From contig OZ244587.1 in the NCBI GenBank assembly GCA_965218095.1, forward strand, positions 1,440,001 to 1,504,000: 64,000 nt of DNA. Reading direction: 5' to 3'. The position numbers were made by a program, and so were the translations under genes. Position 1 is the stretch's first letter. Every line of letters begins with the position of its first letter. Origin of the DNA: Candidatus Poribacteria bacterium. GTDB lineage: Bacteria > Poribacteria > WGA-4E > PCPOR2b. The notes under the pieces are model-generated. The model ran no database searches and was not told where the DNA came from. It worked only from the letters and a program-made list of their open reading frames with translations. Positions 60,588 to 64,000 of this stretch are shown in pieces.

Positions 60588-61629
60588 TCTCCGCAACATC
60601 ACCAAGCGATTCGGTCGCCACCTCCCGCCGGTCGTCGATAGCGTGAGTTTCGAGGTCTACCCCGGCGAAATCTTTGCGCTCTTGGGCCCGAGCGGCTGTG
60701 GGAAGACAACGACTCTGCGCCTGATCGCTGGATTCGAGCGTGCTGATGCAGGAGAGATTTGCCTGGATGGACAATGCTTTGCAGGACAAAAAGTTCACCA
60801 ACCGCCTGAAGTACGAGACGTTGGAATTGTATTCCAGGAGTACGCTCTTTTTCCGCACCTCAACGTGCTGGGGAATGTCGCCTTCGGACTCAAAAAACTG
60901 TCCGCGAAATCACGCCATGAGCGTGCCATGGAGGTTCTGGAAATGGTGGGACTGACCGCCTTCAAAGATCGGAAGCCACACGAGCTCTCCGGCGGACAGC
61001 AGCAGCGGGTGGCGCTGGCTCGCTCGATTGCCCCAGGTCCCAAGCTCATCCTGTTGGACGAACCATTTTCCAACCTCGATGCCGGTTTGCACCATTCTAC
61101 GCGAGAAGAGGTTCGGACGCTGTTGAAGGATACAGGGATGAGCGCGGTGCTGGTCACGCATGATCAGGAAGGAGCCCTCTGCTTCGCAGACCAGCTAGCG
61201 GTGATGCAGAACGGACACATTGAACAGATCGACACGCCCGAAGCGGTCTACCACCGTCCGCAGACCTCATTCGCAGCGGACTTTCTAGGCAGGACTAACC
61301 TGATTCCTAGTCACGCCAGTGAAGGCTACGCTGACACGCCCTTGGGAAGGTTTGAGATTGATCAAGCCGCCCAGGGCAAGGTGCTCCTCTCGATCCGTCC
61401 AGAGCATCTACTGATGGTTCAGCCTGAAACGGCAGATCGAAGTGGTAGTGTTGGCGAAATCATCATGCGTGAGTTTAAGGGACACGATCTGACCTATCGA
61501 GTGAAGGTTGGAACGGAGAACTATGTTGTGCAGACCGACTACCGTTGTCCACTTCAAGTTGGTGATCGAGTGACGCTCCGAGCCGTTGAGCCTGCGGTGG
61601 TCGTGAAAGAAGATAAAGAGATGTCGTGA
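60571..61629 (+). CDS. iron(III) ABC transporter ATP-binding protein (FbpC-like)
   Basis: GPSGCGKTT, FQEYALFPH, LSGGQQQRVALAR, TOBE tail. Confidence 0.92.
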   Translation: MNPLLSLRNITKRFGRHLPPVVDSVSFEVYPGEIFALLGPSGCGKTTTLRLIAGFERADAGEICLDGQCFAGQKVHQPPEVRDVGIVFQEYALFPHLNVLGNVAFGLKKLSAKSRHERAMEVLEMVGLTAFKDRKPHELSGGQQQRVALARSIAPGPKLILLDEPFSNLDAGLHHSTREEVRTLLKDTGMSAVLVTHDQEGALCFADQLAVMQNGHIEQIDTPEAVYHRPQTSFAADFLGRTNLIPSHASEGYADTPLGRFEIDQAAQGKVLLSIRPEHLLMVQPETADRSGSVGEIIMREFKGHDLTYRVKVGTENYVVQTDYRCPLQVGDRVTLRAVEPAVVVKEDKEMS

Positions 61630-61789
61630 GTGATGAAGCGTAAAATTTCCGGAGCGATAGGGAAGGGTTTGGAGCGATTACTCAACTCGTGCGATTTATC
61701 CCCGACCAACTAGATTACCAACCAAGCGGTTTTCTGAAAAATTCATGAATTCCAACTTCGAGCGTAGCATTTCACGGAGTTCCCCGTTT

Positions 61790-62498
61790 GCATCGACTCA
61801 GATCCGCCGACCACCACTTCTGGCGGCGGCAAGCCCTCCGATAAGGCGGTAAATCCCTTGAGATCGGATTCCATGATGGTCACTTTGCGTGTGTCCCTAC
61901 CGACCTTTAAGCCTTGTGGGGATTGCAGCAGGTTCTCGACCACTTAATCGGTGAGATAATGACCGAAGACCTTACGGATAAATTCATTTCGTTTCTACAA
62001 TTCTATCGCTTACCGCTTGACCTGTTTTTAGGAATTTTCGAGTTCAGCGTTTTTCTCTTGAAATTTTTTGTTTGCTGCTCTCAATCCATCCTGAAGCTGT
62101 TTGATGGTCAAATGGGTCTGTACCCTAATACGAACCTCCTCATGTTGGAACGGCTTGGTGATGTAATCGATGCCGCCTACACCAAAGCCTTCAACGACAC
62201 TCTTTGTCTCGTCTTGAGCGGTGATGAAGATGGCGGGAATATCTGCGGTGGTTTCATCTAACTTGAGTCTTCGGCAGGTCTCAAAACCGTCTATCCCCGG
62301 CATCAGGATGTCCAGAAGGATCAGGTCCGGCTGGGCGCGCGCCGCAATCTGGAGCGCAACCGTCCCGCTGGGAGCCGCAATGACACTATAGCCTTTCCGA
62401 TTCCAGGGCTTACCGCAAAACGTTGAGATTGGCTGGAATATTATCAACGATGAGAATTTCCGTTCGCTTCTCATCTATTATTGGGGGTTCACTCATGA
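61790..62498 (-). pseudogene. decayed response regulator-adenylate/guanylate cyclase gene
   Basis: PDLILLDILMPGIDGFE...DYITKPF receiver; TRKVTIM.SDLKGFTALSE cyclase start; multiple stops and shifts. Confidence 0.7.
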
Positions 62499-62656
62499 TG
62501 GGAGCCTCCTCAAGCAGGCATATATACTGGTAACGATCACAAATGACGCTTTCGGCGCCTGAATCATGAATCTTGTATCTGGCGTTGATACAGAGCCTGC
62601 ACCGATTATCGGGGATTCAAGATGCAAAACGGTAGTGGTGTAAGTTATACAGGGTT

Positions 62657-63269
62657 AGGAGTTACGCACTTGGACAGAAAATAGATTATAATAAAGGCTA
62701 TGAATCGACCCCAATGCAATGAATATGACTATATCAACTTTCTAATTGCGACTCCCAGATACTACAGTTGTACCGAGGCTGCCAGAGTCCAACCTCAACA
62801 GAACACCCCGGCAGCGCATGACTCGCTGAATCGATTCCTCTATCGGCTTACACCCAATCCACAACAATTGTGGCAAGAGTCACAGGCTTATGTCACCCAA
62901 GACCGGGGGATTTTGGTCATAGACGACTCAACCCTTGACAAACCCTATGCACAAAAAATAGAGCGGGTGACCCGCCATTGGTCAGGCAAACACAAAAAAG
63001 TGGTCTCAGGGATTAACCTCATTACTCTGATGTGGACTGATGGCGACAGTCACATTCCCTGCGATTACCGCCTCTATAATAAACGCAATGATAGCTTGAC
63101 CAAAAATAATCACTTTCAAGCTCTAATCTCCAATGCTCATGCGAGAGGCTTTTCTCCGGAGTGTGTGGTCTTTGACAGTTGGTACAGCAGTTTGAAGAAT
63201 CTTTTGACGATTCGGAACTATCGATGGCATTGGCTCACCCAATTGAAGTCCAATCGACGGGTCAAACTA
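62657..63269 (+). mobile_element. IS701-family element, transposase (from 62700) interrupted by IS5
   Basis: End AGGAGTTACGCA; YDYINFLIA, HDSLNRFL, IDDSTLDKPY, VFDSWY; reading frame runs into the IS5 TIR. Confidence 0.85.
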
Positions 63270-64000
63270 GGTTCTGTTGACATTTCAAGGGAGCCATATA
63301 AGAGTGGAGACAAAGCTGAGAAATCCAAAATAACGGACAGCTAGCTTCTCAAACCGAGAGACAAACCAAGAGAAGACACGACGATACCATTTTATCTTGT
63401 TGATGAAACATTCAACCCGATGTCTCTCTTTGTATAAGTGTTTGTCATACGTTCTTTGGTCAACACGATGACTTTTGGGCGGTATCACCGCAATCGCTCC
63501 ATTCGCCTCAATAACCGCGATAAAAGCGTCTGAATCGTACCCCTTGTCTCCAATCACATATTCACTGTTATATCCGATTATCAACCCTTCCGCCTCAGTT
63601 ATGTCATGTCTCTGACCAGGGGTCAGATGAATTCTTAGGGGATTGCCTAGTCCGTTAACTGTGATGTGATTTTTTGTACTGAAACCGCCCCGAGACCGAC
63701 CTAATGCTTGGTTTTCAGTGCCACCCTTTTTTTTAAGGCGCCAGCTTTTTAAGGCGCCCGCCGCACACGGGAGATGGTACTGTCCACAATAAGCGACTTA
63801 ATACCGGGGTCAGAGGCGAAGTGGTGGTGCATCTGTGTGAAGATACCTTTGTCGCACCATCAAGCAAACCGCTTATAGAGGTTTGCCATAGGTGTCTGGT
63901 AGAAGTCTCCATTGAGCCCCGCTACGAGTCACCCACAGGACGGCTTCGACGAAGCGGCGTGTAGCAGCTTCGTCGCCAACATAGATAGATGGTGGGACAG
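63270..64000 (-). mobile_element. second copy of the IS5-family element (partial at window edge, decayed)
   Basis: TIR GGTTCTGTTGACATTT after CTA; near-identical to 8870-9718 in reverse; GDKGYDSD, ERHRVECFINKIK. Confidence 0.92.

Overview
64 kb of bacterial chromosome, most likely Candidatus Poribacteria or a relative. This is inferred from the NPxNPxTWIPF FlgD/T9SS-like C-terminal domain, a DUF6785-type membrane protein, many enolase/PhyH/AKR enzymes and AGGACTTACGCA repeats. Housekeeping genes (recG, ltaE, ispG, hisC, gatB, envC-like, pduO, batCDE-like) are interleaved with catabolic enzymes, two decayed IS5 copies, an IS701 and many short palindromic and heptamer repeats. Standout: a restriction-modification locus (36874-32846, minus strand). 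Its nuclease-methyltransferase ORF ends in a textbook -1 frameshift cassette (U_UUU_UUC, 6-nt spacer, 9-bp GC stem) opening onto an HsdS-like specificity ORF that has no good start. This predicts an RM and an RM-S fusion made from one mRNA, followed by a HEPN-motif gene. Also notable are a herA-nurA pair spliced into a nucleoside ABC operon upstream of recG, a DtxR/MntR-multicopper oxidase-ZIP-cupredoxin operon, a Fur-box-like TonB receptor-multicopper oxidase-IsdG-FbpABC iron operon, and palindromic or heptamer repeats sitting in frame inside proteins. Several genes carry frameshifts (decay or assembly error). No rRNA, tRNA or CRISPR array was seen.
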